A stretch of 64,000 nt of DNA from Gemmatimonadales bacterium (GTDB taxonomy: Bacteria; Gemmatimonadota; Gemmatimonadetes; Gemmatimonadales; GWC2-71-9), in NCBI GenBank assembly GCA_037189525.1, contig JBBCJC010000005.1, positions 256,001 to 320,000 of the forward strand, written 5' to 3'. The notes beneath the pieces were generated by a model, which saw only the letters and a list, made by a program, of their open reading frames with translations, was not told the origin of the DNA and did not search any database. Numbering within the stretch: the stretch's first letter is position 1; every line of letters begins with the position of its first letter. The position numbers and the translations under genes were made by a program. Of this stretch, positions 50,666 to 59,638 are shown piece after piece.

Positions 50666-51108
50666 GACGGCGCACTCCCCCGGCTCCGCCCGGCAATCTC
50701 ATCCATCGTCTTCTGCTCGTCCCGATCGACCTCGCCCAGCCAGGTTGCGCGCTGATTCTCTTTGAGGCGTTCGAGGGTCTTTCGCTCCCGCCGCGCTTCG
50801 GCCAAACGATCCCGCTCGACATCGGCGCGCCGGCGCGCTTCATCGCGCTCCTGCTCGGCCTGTTCGAGTTGATTGGCGGCCGCCAAGCCTGTCAGCTGAA
50901 GTGCCCGCAGCATCCCGGCATTCGTGACCTGTCCCACGGGCGGCTGCAAACGACCCGACATCTCCGCCAGATACGATTCCTGCTCGCGGCAAAGCCCTTC
51001 CATCTCCGCTTCCGCGCGCGCCGCCTCGCCCAATGCAACGGCCTGACGCTGTTCGGCGTCTCCGCGGAGCCGAAGCAACCGCTCGAGCCGGAACGAGAAG
51101 GCTTTCAT
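50662..51108 (-). CDS. fliJ: Export protein FliJ
   Basis: FSFRLERLLRLR...LERLKE...EQKTMDE; downstream of fliI. Confidence 0.88.
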   Translation of the reverse strand: MKAFSFRLERLLRLRGDAEQRQAVALGEAARAEAEMEGLCREQESYLAEMSGRLQPPVGQVTNAGMLRALQLTGLAAANQLEQAEQERDEARRRADVERDRLAEARRERKTLERLKENQRATWLGEVDRDEQKTMDEIAGRSRGSAPS

Positions 51109-52445
51109 CGCGCCCCTCCGGCGGCCGGCTTGGCGCGGGCGGCAAGCTGACGCACCTGCTGCCGCGTGTCGTTCAGGGTGCCGCCTTCATCCGGTCGCTG
51201 CCGCAGGATCCGGAGCAGGTCCGGTCGAATCCCGATGGCGGTATCGAGCTGCTTGTCGGTACCGGTCTTGTACGCACCGACCGTGATCAGGTCTTCCTGG
51301 GTACGGTAGGTCGCTTCGAGCGCCATCAGTCCGTTGGCTGCATCGAGATCTTCCCGCGGCGTCACCTGGTCGCGCACGCGGCTGACACTGTCGAGTACGT
51401 CGATGGCCGGGAAATGCTTCTGCTGCGCAAGTTTGCGCGAAAGAACGATGTGCCCGTCCAGAATCGACCGGGCCGAGTCGGCTACGGGTTCGTTGAAGTC
51501 GTCGCCTTCGACCAGGACGGTGTAGAGTCCGGTAATCGAACCGTGTTTGCCAGTACCAGCGCGTTCGAGCAGGCGCGGCAACGCTGCAAACACCGAAGGG
51601 GGATATCCCTTGGTCGCGGGCGGCTCACCAACCGACAAGCCCACTTCGCGCCACGCCATGGCCACGCGAGTCACCGAGTCCATCATCAACAGGACATCTT
51701 TGCCCTGATCGCGGAAGTACTCGGCAACGGCGGTCGCCACCAGCGCACCGGTGGCGCGCACTACGGCGGCCTGGTCGCTCGTGGCAACGACGACGACACT
51801 TCGCTTAAGCCCTTCGGGGCCCAGGTCGCGCTCGATGAACTCGCGGACCTCGCGGCCGCGTTCGCCCAACAGGGCAATCACGTTCACGTCGGCCGAGGTC
51901 TGCCTGGCAATCATGCCGAGGGTGACGCTTTTGCCGACGCCGCTACCGGCCATGATGCCGATACGCTGGCCGCGTCCCACGGTCAGAAATCCGTCGATGG
52001 CGCGCACACCGGTAGCGAGCGGCGTCGTGATCCGGCCCCGCTCCAGCGGATGCGGTGGATCAGCATTGAGCGGGTATCGCATCGTCAAGCCGATCGGGCG
52101 ATCCGAATCGATCGGGCGGCCCAGCCCATTGAGCACCCGGCCGATTAGCCCATCACCGACCTCGGCGTAGAGCGAGCGACCGAGCGGGACGACTTCATCG
52201 CCGGGGTGGATCCCGTCGAGATCGCCGAGCGGCATCAGCATCACGCCGCGGTCATGAAAGCCGACGACCTGCGCCAGCACACCGGCGTTGGCGCCGATCA
52301 CGATGCGGCACACTTCGCCGACGGCCACCTCGATCGAGGTGCCTTCGACGATCTGCCCGATCACCCGGGTTACCCGTCCGTGGACGGCAAACCGGGGCGT
52401 CTGGGCCAGTAGGTGGCCGAAATCAGTCGCCAATGATGCGTTCAT
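51105..52445 (-). CDS. fliI: Flagellar export ATPase FliI
   Basis: GQRIGIMAGSGVGKS, GERGREVREF, MDSVTR, KGYPPSV, SILDGHIVLSR. Confidence 0.96.
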   Translation of the reverse strand: MNASLATDFGHLLAQTPRFAVHGRVTRVIGQIVEGTSIEVAVGEVCRIVIGANAGVLAQVVGFHDRGVMLMPLGDLDGIHPGDEVVPLGRSLYAEVGDGLIGRVLNGLGRPIDSDRPIGLTMRYPLNADPPHPLERGRITTPLATGVRAIDGFLTVGRGQRIGIMAGSGVGKSVTLGMIARQTSADVNVIALLGERGREVREFIERDLGPEGLKRSVVVVATSDQAAVVRATGALVATAVAEYFRDQGKDVLLMMDSVTRVAMAWREVGLSVGEPPATKGYPPSVFAALPRLLERAGTGKHGSITGLYTVLVEGDDFNEPVADSARSILDGHIVLSRKLAQQKHFPAIDVLDSVSRVRDQVTPREDLDAANGLMALEATYRTQEDLITVGAYKTGTDKQLDTAIGIRPDLLRILRQRPDEGGTLNDTRQQVRQLAARAKPAAGGAR

Positions 52446-53052
52446 AGAGCGCCCGCAGGGCGGTATCGACCCGGCCGTCGATGATGCGTTCGGGACTGAT
52501 CAGGTGAAAACTGCCTCGTTCGAGCGTGGCGTCGGCCACCCAGTGCACCGGCAATGCGCGGCCATCGGGCTCGGTAAACTCGAGCGTCGTGCCCAGTTGT
52601 TCGATGTCGGTCGGGTTGGCGTGGATCTCGACGGGCGATCCGGCCGGCAACAGCGTCACTGCGCGCCGAATCATCGGTTCGACCACGGAAGGGTCGGCGG
52701 TGACTTCACGCTGCAGCAGCCAGCGCGCCGCGACCAGGGCAATCGCCACACCATTGTGCTCGGCGCGCCGGGTGGCGGCTTCGATCTCCCGGCCAAGTTC
52801 GGCCAGCAAGCGGTTCAACGTTTCCCGGCCAGGCGCCAGCTCGGCACGGGCGTGAGCCAGACCGGCGGCGAACCCTTCGTCGAATCGCTGCGCGCGGCTT
52901 TCCGCCACCGGATCGACGATCGGCTCTTCCGCCGCGATGTCTTCCGGCACGTTCTGCAGTTCCGATCCGAGATCGGGCAAGCCCCACTGTACCGGGCTCG
53001 GCGCCGCCTCGGCCACGGCCCAGGTGCGGGCGATCGGCTCAGAGGATGACAT
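52423..53052 (-). CDS. fliH: Flagellar assembly protein FliH
   Basis: FDEGFAAG repeat, IHANPTD, DATLERG...IDG; between fliG and fliI. Confidence 0.82.
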   Translation of the reverse strand: MSSSEPIARTWAVAEAAPSPVQWGLPDLGSELQNVPEDIAAEEPIVDPVAESRAQRFDEGFAAGLAHARAELAPGRETLNRLLAELGREIEAATRRAEHNGVAIALVAARWLLQREVTADPSVVEPMIRRAVTLLPAGSPVEIHANPTDIEQLGTTLEFTEPDGRALPVHWVADATLERGSFHLISPERIIDGRVDTALRALYERIIGD

Positions 53053-54079
53053 CGTCGTCTCCACCGCGACCGCTGATCATGATCTCGCCCTGGTCCTCGA
53101 GCGAGCGCATCACCTCGATGATCCGGGTATGCGCACCTTCCACGTCGCGAACCTTTACCGGCCCCAGGAACTCGAGCTCCTCCTTGAGAGCCGCCGACGC
53201 CCGCTCCGACATGTTGGCAAAGATGTGTTCCTTGAGCTCGTCGCTGGCCGCCTTGAGCGCCAGGGCGAGTTCCTTGCCGTCGATTTCGCGCAGCAGCCGC
53301 TGCATGGCGCGGCCGTCGAGCAGGCGAAGATCTTCGAAGACGAACATCAGGTTCTTGATCTGCGACGCCATGTCGGCATTGCGCGACCCGATGCCCTCCA
53401 GCAACACTTTTTCCAGCGTGCTGCCGGTGAGGTTGAGCACCTTGGCCACCGCGGACGGTCCACCCGACGTGGTCATTTCCTGATTGAGACTCAGATCGGT
53501 TTTGTTGGCAAGTCCGGTTTCGACCAGCGCCAGAATTTCCGGCGCGATCTTGTCCATCCGGGCAATCCGATAGAGCACATCGGCCGCGAGGTCGGGCTCC
53601 ATCGTGCTGATGACATTGACCGACTGCCGCGCATCGAGGTGGGCCAGAATCAGTGCGATCGTCTGCGGGTGTTCGCCGCGTAGGACGCTCATCAGCAGTT
53701 CGGGCGCGACCTTCCGGAGGCGCTTGAGCCCGGTATCGGTGATCTGTTCCTGGATCTTGTCGATAATGGCCTTGGCGCGCTGCGGGCCGATCGCCTTTTC
53801 GAGCAATTCCTGCGCAACGACGAGGCCGCCTTGCGCCGCTGCATCGGCCGCCTGGAAGACGCCGCGAAACTCGCCCAGGACCAGCTCGACCTCGCTCGGC
53901 TCGACCGACGTGGTCAGTGCGATCTCACGAGTCAGCTCCTCGACCTCGAACGGGGAGAGCTGGCGGAGAATATCTGCCGCGGCCTCTTTGCCAAGCGTCA
54001 AACAGAGGACGGCAGCCTTGCGAACCCCGGTCGCCGCGAGGCTCGGCGTATCACGCCGTGACGCGAGCGCCGTGCTCAT
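53039..54079 (-). CDS. fliG: Motor switch protein FliG
   Basis: KAAVL, EHPQTIALIL, MFVFEDL, NMSERA, LGPVKVRDVE. Confidence 0.96.
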   Translation of the reverse strand: MSTALASRRDTPSLAATGVRKAAVLCLTLGKEAAADILRQLSPFEVEELTREIALTTSVEPSEVELVLGEFRGVFQAADAAAQGGLVVAQELLEKAIGPQRAKAIIDKIQEQITDTGLKRLRKVAPELLMSVLRGEHPQTIALILAHLDARQSVNVISTMEPDLAADVLYRIARMDKIAPEILALVETGLANKTDLSLNQEMTTSGGPSAVAKVLNLTGSTLEKVLLEGIGSRNADMASQIKNLMFVFEDLRLLDGRAMQRLLREIDGKELALALKAASDELKEHIFANMSERASAALKEELEFLGPVKVRDVEGAHTRIIEVMRSLEDQGEIMISGRGGDDDVIL

Positions 54080-54107
54080 CGCATCGCCTCAATCCGATCG
54101 GTGCGCA

Positions 54108-55595
54108 TCAGGACTTCCCTTCCGCCATCCACGCCCGGACCACCTGTGCCATCAACTCGGGACGGGTGCTCGTCTCCTCGACGACTCGATTCTTGAGCAG
54201 GACCGCCTCGGGCGTCGGCCCGAGTGGCGGTACCACCGGCTCGCTGACCGGCTGCTCCAAACCGCGCTGCGCCACGGCTGCTGCCCGCGGGGGCTGCAGC
54301 GCCTTGATAGTCCGCATCGCCACGATGAGGAGCGCGATGATCGCAAACAAACCGATGGCCGGACGGCTGAACCGTTCGAGCAGGCCGATCACGTCTCGCG
54401 GCGGCGGCGGGGTCTCTGCCGGTACCGCCGCCACTTCGAACGGCACGGCGCGTACGGTGATACGATCGCCCCGCGCGCTGTCGAACCCGACGGCATTCTT
54501 GACCAGCGCTTCGACGTTGCCGAGCCGCTCCGGAATCGGCGTCCGAGTAACGGTATCGCCGTTGATGGCGCGTTCGTCGACCAACACCGATACGGTCAGC
54601 CGAGTCAGCCCGCCGCCCGCCGTCAGGATACGCTCCATCCGGCGCGAGTTCTGATAGGTGTTGTTGACGATGGTCTGCGCGCCGCCGCCTTCGGCGGTCG
54701 CTTCGGTCTCGCTCCGACCTTCGGCGGCGAGCACCTGTCCATCGGGATCGAACGACTCGATGGTCCGTTCGACCTGATCGAAGTTGAGATCGGCGCCGAC
54801 CTGGATTCGCGGGCGTCCCAGTCCGGCCACGGTCTCGAGCAATCGCTCGGCCTTGCCCGCCAGGTAGGTTTCGAGTCCCTGGCGCATCTCGATGCGCTTG
54901 CCGGCGCCGATCCCGCCCACGGATAACTCTTCGGCAGCTCCGGAGAGGAGCCGGCCCGACTCGTCGGTCACCACGACGTTTTCCGGCGAGAGACGATCGA
55001 CACTGTTGCTGACGGTGGCAATGATGCCCTGCACCGCGCCGGGTGCCAGCAGCATCCCCGAGCGCATCCGCAACCGGACCGCCGCTTTGGCCGGCCGATC
55101 GGTGCGACGAAGAGCGGTCGGCTCAGGAATCGTCAGGTGAACATCGGCGCGCTCGACGCCGGTCGTATTACCGATGCTCTGCGCCAGCTCGCCTTCCAGA
55201 GCGCGCTGATAGGTGACCCGCTGAATGAAGTCGGTGGTGCCCCAAATGTTCTGCTGATCGAGCAGCTTGAAGCCGGGACGCCCCCCCTGCGGCAGATCGG
55301 ACTTCGCGAGCAGCACCCGCGCGCGCGCGTAATCTTCCTTCGACACCATGACCTCGGAGCCCGCGGCGCCCAGCTTGTTGCGGATGCCCGCTTTGTCGAG
55401 TGCTTCGGTCATCTGGGCCGCCTCACCCAAACCGACGCCCTCGTACAGCGAGACCCAGGCCGGTTCCGACGCCCAGATACCGACGCCGATGACCGCTGCC
55501 AGGACGACGGCAAGGCCGCCCACCAACAGCATCCGGCGAGGAGCGGGCATACGCTGCACGGCGCCGCTGACTTGATGTACCAGATCGTTGGCCAT
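54108..55595 (-). CDS. fliF: MS-ring protein FliF
   Basis: YQRALEGELAQSI, VHLTIPE, AVGFDSARGD, two TMs, AQVVRAWM. Confidence 0.94.
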   Translation of the reverse strand: MANDLVHQVSGAVQRMPAPRRMLLVGGLAVVLAAVIGVGIWASEPAWVSLYEGVGLGEAAQMTEALDKAGIRNKLGAAGSEVMVSKEDYARARVLLAKSDLPQGGRPGFKLLDQQNIWGTTDFIQRVTYQRALEGELAQSIGNTTGVERADVHLTIPEPTALRRTDRPAKAAVRLRMRSGMLLAPGAVQGIIATVSNSVDRLSPENVVVTDESGRLLSGAAEELSVGGIGAGKRIEMRQGLETYLAGKAERLLETVAGLGRPRIQVGADLNFDQVERTIESFDPDGQVLAAEGRSETEATAEGGGAQTIVNNTYQNSRRMERILTAGGGLTRLTVSVLVDERAINGDTVTRTPIPERLGNVEALVKNAVGFDSARGDRITVRAVPFEVAAVPAETPPPPRDVIGLLERFSRPAIGLFAIIALLIVAMRTIKALQPPRAAAVAQRGLEQPVSEPVVPPLGPTPEAVLLKNRVVEETSTRPELMAQVVRAWMAEGKS

Positions 55596-55909
55596 TAGAC
55601 CTGCATGTTCATGATGGTCCGGTACGCCTCAGACAGCTTGTTGCGTACTTCGACCAGAAGTTCGAGAGAAATGGCCGCTTCTTCGCTGGCAGCCATGACC
55701 TGATGCAGTTCGACCGGCTCGCCGCGCAGGAACGCGTTGATCACGTCCTTGGCGTCGTTCTCCATCGCCGACGTGTCGTTGAGGGCGCGGGTAAAGAGAT
55801 CGCTGAACGAAGGTCCGTTGTCGTTGAGCGGGATCCCGCCGTCGAGCGGAAACCCTCCCCCGGCCCGCTCGATGGGGCTGATCACGCGTGGTCCGATCGG
55901 CGCCGTCAT
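55595..55909 (-). CDS. fliE: Hook-basal body protein FliE
   Basis: LHQVMAASEEA...EVRNKLSEAYRTIMNMQV. Confidence 0.94.
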   Translation of the reverse strand: MTAPIGPRVISPIERAGGGFPLDGGIPLNDNGPSFSDLFTRALNDTSAMENDAKDVINAFLRGEPVELHQVMAASEEAAISLELLVEVRNKLSEAYRTIMNMQV

Positions 55910-55911
55910 GA

Positions 55912-56139
55912 TCAGGCCCGCACGTCGATGCGCTGACCCAGCGCAGCCGGCGAGGTCGCCGATTCCGTCTTCGCGCCACGGCCGTAGGTCACCGGACCCA
56001 TCAGCTCGAGTTCGGCGAAGTAGTTCCGCTCTTCCTGCGACAGCACCCGGGCCGTATCGACCGGTGTCGTCGTCTGCGACCGCTGAACCGGGGTCCGCGA
56101 GATCAGTTCGGGCTGGTAACCAAGACCATCAATGCGCAT
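55912..56139 (-). CDS. Small hypothetical protein between flgC and fliE
   Basis: 75-aa ORF fills the gap (2 nt before fliE) on the operon strand; ends LGQRIDVRA. Confidence 0.65.
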   Translation of the reverse strand: MRIDGLGYQPELISRTPVQRSQTTTPVDTARVLSQEERNYFAELELMGPVTYGRGAKTESATSPAALGQRIDVRA

Positions 56140-56159
56140 GAGAGAATCCGTAGGGGATG

Positions 56160-56585
56160 TCAGATATCGATGGCGCGGCGGAGCATCTGCTTCGCCGTCT
56201 GAAACGCGGAGAGGTTGGCCTCATGGAGACGTCGGGCCAGCATCATGTCAACCATTTCCGCGTTCATGTCGACGTTGGGATAGAAGACGTTGCCGTTTTC
56301 GTCCGCATCGGGATGCGCCGGATCGTGAACCACCCGGCCTTCGCGGTTGTCTTCGACGACCCGCAGCGAGATCTCGCCGGTGCGCGGGTCGCGATTCGCC
56401 ACCGCCACCTGCCGCTTGTACGCGCCGCCTTCGGCCGTCCGCGTGGTTTCGGCGTTGCTGATGTTCTCGGCGATGATATCGAGAAACTTCTGCTGCGTAG
56501 CCATGCCCTGCGCGCTGGTGGCCAGCGAGCGCATGAACTGCCGCACCGGACGCGGCGTGACCGGAAAGTTCGAGAACTCAGCCAC
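56160..56585 (-). CDS. flgC: Rod protein FlgC
   Basis: IAENISNAETTRT...YKRQ, HDPAHPDADENG...PNVD...EANL; start reassigned to GTG 56585, overlapping the flgB stop. Confidence 0.92.
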   Translation of the reverse strand: MAEFSNFPVTPRPVRQFMRSLATSAQGMATQQKFLDIIAENISNAETTRTAEGGAYKRQVAVANRDPRTGEISLRVVEDNREGRVVHDPAHPDADENGNVFYPNVDMNAEMVDMMLARRLHEANLSAFQTAKQMLRRAIDI

Positions 56586-56880
56586 GTCCGCCGCCGATCG
56601 CGGACCGGAGCCGCTGATACGCTTCGCGCAGCAACTGCGCATCGGCTTCGTACCGGATCTGGGTGTCGGCGAGCGATGCCATCTCCCGCTGGATATCGGC
56701 TTCGGTCTGCGCGGCCTTGGCCATCGCAGCCTGCGACGCATCGGTAAAGGCCGTCGTCGTGCTGGCCAGGAGCGCCTCCGACACGCGACGCCCGATCCCG
56801 CGCTGGGTGGCGCTTGCTTCCTCGAGCCCGCCGCGCAATTGCGCAGTGAGTGACGAATTATCGAAAAGTCCTCGGATCAT
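56578..56880 (-). CDS. flgB: Rod protein FlgB (short, divergent)
   Basis: First gene of the operon; C-terminal DIQREMASLADTQIRYEA...LRSAIGG. Lacks the usual ANNIAN motif. Confidence 0.75.
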   Translation of the reverse strand: MIRGLFDNSSLTAQLRGGLEEASATQRGIGRRVSEALLASTTTAFTDASQAAMAKAAQTEADIQREMASLADTQIRYEADAQLLREAYQRLRSAIGGGRG

Positions 56881-56926
56881 CGTTCCGGCCCTCGTTGTCG
56901 ACGAAATCCTGCCGACCCGACTCCGG

Positions 56927-56941
56927 GCAAGCCGCATACCG
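56927..56941 (-). promoter_or_regulatory. Sigma54 promoter for the flgBC-fliEFGHIJ-fliK-flgDE operon
   Basis: Minus strand CGGTAT-GCGGC-TTGC; IHF-like CAA-CGAC-TTA near 56995-57004; palindrome CGGCA-GCAAA-TGCCG at 57074-57088. Confidence 0.75.
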
Positions 56942-57097
56942 AGGAACGCAAAGGGGCATCCAGAGCCAGATCTTGCGAGCAAGCTCTTTTACGACAACGA
57001 CTTAACCGCCATGCAAAGAATGGCACCCCAACGCCGATAATTTGCGCGCCGGGGTTAGGCGGGAAGATTCGACCGGCAGCAAATGCCGCCGGGTCGT

Positions 57098-58519
57098 TCA
57101 ACGAGGAGTGGTCTGCTTGGGAGAGTTGAGCTTGTTCCGGAGGGTGCGCTCGCTGATACCGAGCAGCTTGGCGGCCCGAGTCCGGTTGCCGCCGGTCACC
57201 ACCAGCGCCCGCTGGATGGTGGCTGCCTCGAGCTCTTCGAGATCCAGGCTGTCCGGCATGCTCGGCAGGACAGCTGGCTGAGTACCTTCGGCACTGGCCG
57301 ACGCCGGCACGGCGACCGGCGTCGTTCTGGGCAGCGGCGTCCGCGACGGCGTGCTGACCGCGTCGTCGATGAAGGCCTCGGCCTTGAGCATCCCGCCCCG
57401 CGACAGGATCACGGCGCGTTCGACCGCATTGGAAAGTTCGCGGATGTTCCCGGGCCAGCCCCGCTGCTGCAGTACCGCAATGGCTTCGGGGGCAACGCCC
57501 GTGACCTCGACCCCAAGTTGCTGCGCAGCCCGCTGGACGAAATGATGCACCAGGACCGGGATATCCTCGAGCCGGTCGCGGAGCGGCGGCATGTGCATCG
57601 GCACGACGTTGAGACGATAGTATAGATCCTGCCGAAATTTCCCGGCTTCGGCCTCGGCGCGGAGGTCCCGGTTCGTGGTGGCGATGAGCCGGACATCGAC
57701 CCGGATCGACTGATGCCCCCCCACCCGTTCGAACTCCTGCTCCTGGATGACCCGAAGCAGTTTGGCCTGGAGATCGAGCCGCATCTCCGAAATTTCGTCG
57801 AGCAGGAGCGTCCCGCCGTGGGCCCGCTCGAAGGCGCCCTGGGTCCGCGCGGTCGCCCCGGTAAAGGCGCCCTTTTCATGCCCGAAGATAGCGCTCTCGA
57901 CCAGCCCCTCCGGCATGGCCGCGCAGTTGATCGTGATGAAAGGCCGATCCCGCCGCTGGCTCTGTTCGTGGATCGCGCGGGCCACCAATTCTTTACCGGT
58001 CCCCGATTCGCCCTGGATCAGCACCGTCGCGCGGGTGGGAGCAACCGTGCCGACGACCTCGAGCACCCGTCGAACCGCCTGGCCATCGCCCAGGATCTGA
58101 CGGCGCCCGCGCAGGCCCGACAACTCCTGACGGAAGGTTTCGTTCTCTTTACGGAGACGAATCACCTCGAGCGCTTGCGTCACCGCGATGCGCAGCGTTT
58201 CCTGACGAACCGGCTTGGTGAGATAATCGATGGCGCCGCTCCGCAGCGACATCACCGCGTGTTCCACCGAGGAGTATCCGGTCATGATGATGACCGGGAT
58301 CTGATGCCCTTCCTTCTCCAGCTGCGACAACAGGTCGAGGCCGGTTGCGCTGGGCATCCGATAATCAGAGATGATGAGTTCGAACTGCTGCCGGCCCACG
58401 GCCTTCATCGCTTCGTCGACGCTGGTGGCCAGCACCGGGGTGTGACCTAATTTCGTCAGCGCCGCCTCGAGCACGACGCCGACTGACGGCTCATCATCGA
58501 CGCACAGGATGGTAGCCAA
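57098..58519 (-). CDS. Sigma54-dependent response regulator (REC-AAA+-Fis HTH), probable flagellar activator (FlbD/FlrC/FlgR-like)
   Basis: ILCVDDE, IISDYRMP, GESGTGKE, intact GAFTGA, LLDEISE, FRQDLYYRL, WPGNIREL, GNRTRAAKLLGIS. Confidence 0.92.
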   Translation of the reverse strand: MATILCVDDEPSVGVVLEAALTKLGHTPVLATSVDEAMKAVGRQQFELIISDYRMPSATGLDLLSQLEKEGHQIPVIIMTGYSSVEHAVMSLRSGAIDYLTKPVRQETLRIAVTQALEVIRLRKENETFRQELSGLRGRRQILGDGQAVRRVLEVVGTVAPTRATVLIQGESGTGKELVARAIHEQSQRRDRPFITINCAAMPEGLVESAIFGHEKGAFTGATARTQGAFERAHGGTLLLDEISEMRLDLQAKLLRVIQEQEFERVGGHQSIRVDVRLIATTNRDLRAEAEAGKFRQDLYYRLNVVPMHMPPLRDRLEDIPVLVHHFVQRAAQQLGVEVTGVAPEAIAVLQQRGWPGNIRELSNAVERAVILSRGGMLKAEAFIDDAVSTPSRTPLPRTTPVAVPASASAEGTQPAVLPSMPDSLDLEELEAATIQRALVVTGGNRTRAAKLLGISERTLRNKLNSPKQTTPR

Positions 58520-58537
58520 TGCCCCTCCCAGGTGTGG

Positions 58538-58567
58538 CTCAAGGTTTGCAGCGTTCGGGCCGATACT
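58538..58567 (+). promoter_or_regulatory. Sigma28 promoter for flgL
   Basis: CTCAAG-N15-GCCGATACT, about 52 nt before the flgL GTG. Confidence 0.8.
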
Positions 58568-58618
58568 CGAATATAGTTAGTCCGCCCGAGGCGGGTCCAT
58601 CGGCCAGGAGCAAAGTTC

Positions 58619-59524
58619 GTGAGGATAACCAGCCTGGGGCAACGGGATCAGATGCTCCGCGACCTGCAAGGTAACTTGGCGCGGCTGGCCGAGTTACAGC
58701 ACCAGGTGGCGACCGAGAAGCGGTTCGACCGGGTCGAACAGGACCCCCTGGGGACCGCCCAGCTGCTTCGGGCCCAGCGCGATACCAAGGCCATCGACCA
58801 ATACACCAAGAACGGGACGAATGCCCAGCTCCGCCTCGGTGCAGAAGAGGCGGTTTTGAAGCAGGTCGACGATCTGCTCCGCGAGGCGCGCGATTTTGCG
58901 CTCAGCTTTACCCGGGGCGATCCTCCCTATACCGCCGACCAGACAGCCCAGCGCCAGACCGCGATGGAACACGTCGACCGCCTGCTCGCGAGCGCGGTGT
59001 CGCTCGGTAACACCCGGATCGGTAACGAGTATATCCTGGCGGGCGGCCAGTCGCTGACGCCCCCCTTCGACGCCACTGCTGGCGCCACCTTGGGCGACTA
59101 CCAGGGCGACACCACCAAGCGTAAAGTCGAGATTGCCCAGGGCGTCCTGATTACGCCCAATCATACCGGTGACGAGTACCTGGCCCCCGCCCTCCTGGCG
59201 CTCCGGGAACTCCGCGATGCCATCGACCCGGCCAACGGCCAGACCGAGGCTCAGGTCGATGCCCGCGTCGCCGCGGTGTTCGACGCCAGCCAGGCCCTGC
59301 AGGTTTCCCGCGCCGAGACGGCCACGACCGGCAATCACGTCGCGGCAACGCTGGCCAACAACGCCGCCGTCAAGCGCGACCTGGTGAACATTCAGTCGGC
59401 GATTCAGAAGATTCCGCTCGAGGAGTCGATTGCCTCGATCCTCTCGCTGCAGACGACGCTCCAGGCCTCCTATTCGGCCACCAGCCGCCTGATCAACCTG
59501 AGCCTGACCGACTACCTGCGGTAA
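58619..59524 (+). CDS. flgL: Hook-associated protein 3, FlgL
   Basis: MRIT... N-terminus, GNTRIGNEYILAG...PPF, YQGD, LQASYSATSRLINLSLTDYLR C-terminus; AGGAG RBS. Confidence 0.9.
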   Translation: MRITSLGQRDQMLRDLQGNLARLAELQHQVATEKRFDRVEQDPLGTAQLLRAQRDTKAIDQYTKNGTNAQLRLGAEEAVLKQVDDLLREARDFALSFTRGDPPYTADQTAQRQTAMEHVDRLLASAVSLGNTRIGNEYILAGGQSLTPPFDATAGATLGDYQGDTTKRKVEIAQGVLITPNHTGDEYLAPALLALRELRDAIDPANGQTEAQVDARVAAVFDASQALQVSRAETATTGNHVAATLANNAAVKRDLVNIQSAIQKIPLEESIASILSLQTTLQASYSATSRLINLSLTDYLR

Positions 59525-59569
59525 GGCCGCGCGCCACCGCAGCCATCGACTGGCTGGAATGTTAGCTGG

Positions 59570-59606
59570 AAAAGACGACGCCGCCCCGACTCGGGGCGGC
59601 GTTTTC
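59570..59606. terminator. Intrinsic terminator, possibly bidirectional, between convergent flgL and flaF
   Basis: ACGCCGCCCCGA-C-TCGGGGCGGCGT followed by TTT on the plus strand, with an AAAA tract upstream. Confidence 0.8.
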
Positions 59607-59638
59607 GTTGCAGCCTACGACGGTGAATGACCTGAGGC

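Noticed and set aside
56925..56956. GGGCAA...ACGCAAAG resembling a c-di-GMP-I riboswitch
   Set aside because: It is antisense to flgB, lacks the GAAA-capped P2 stem, and is explained by the minus-strand sigma54 promoter.
57021..57035. TGGCAC as a plus-strand sigma54 promoter
   Set aside because: The GC falls 9 rather than 10 nt after the GG; sigma54 spacing is strict.
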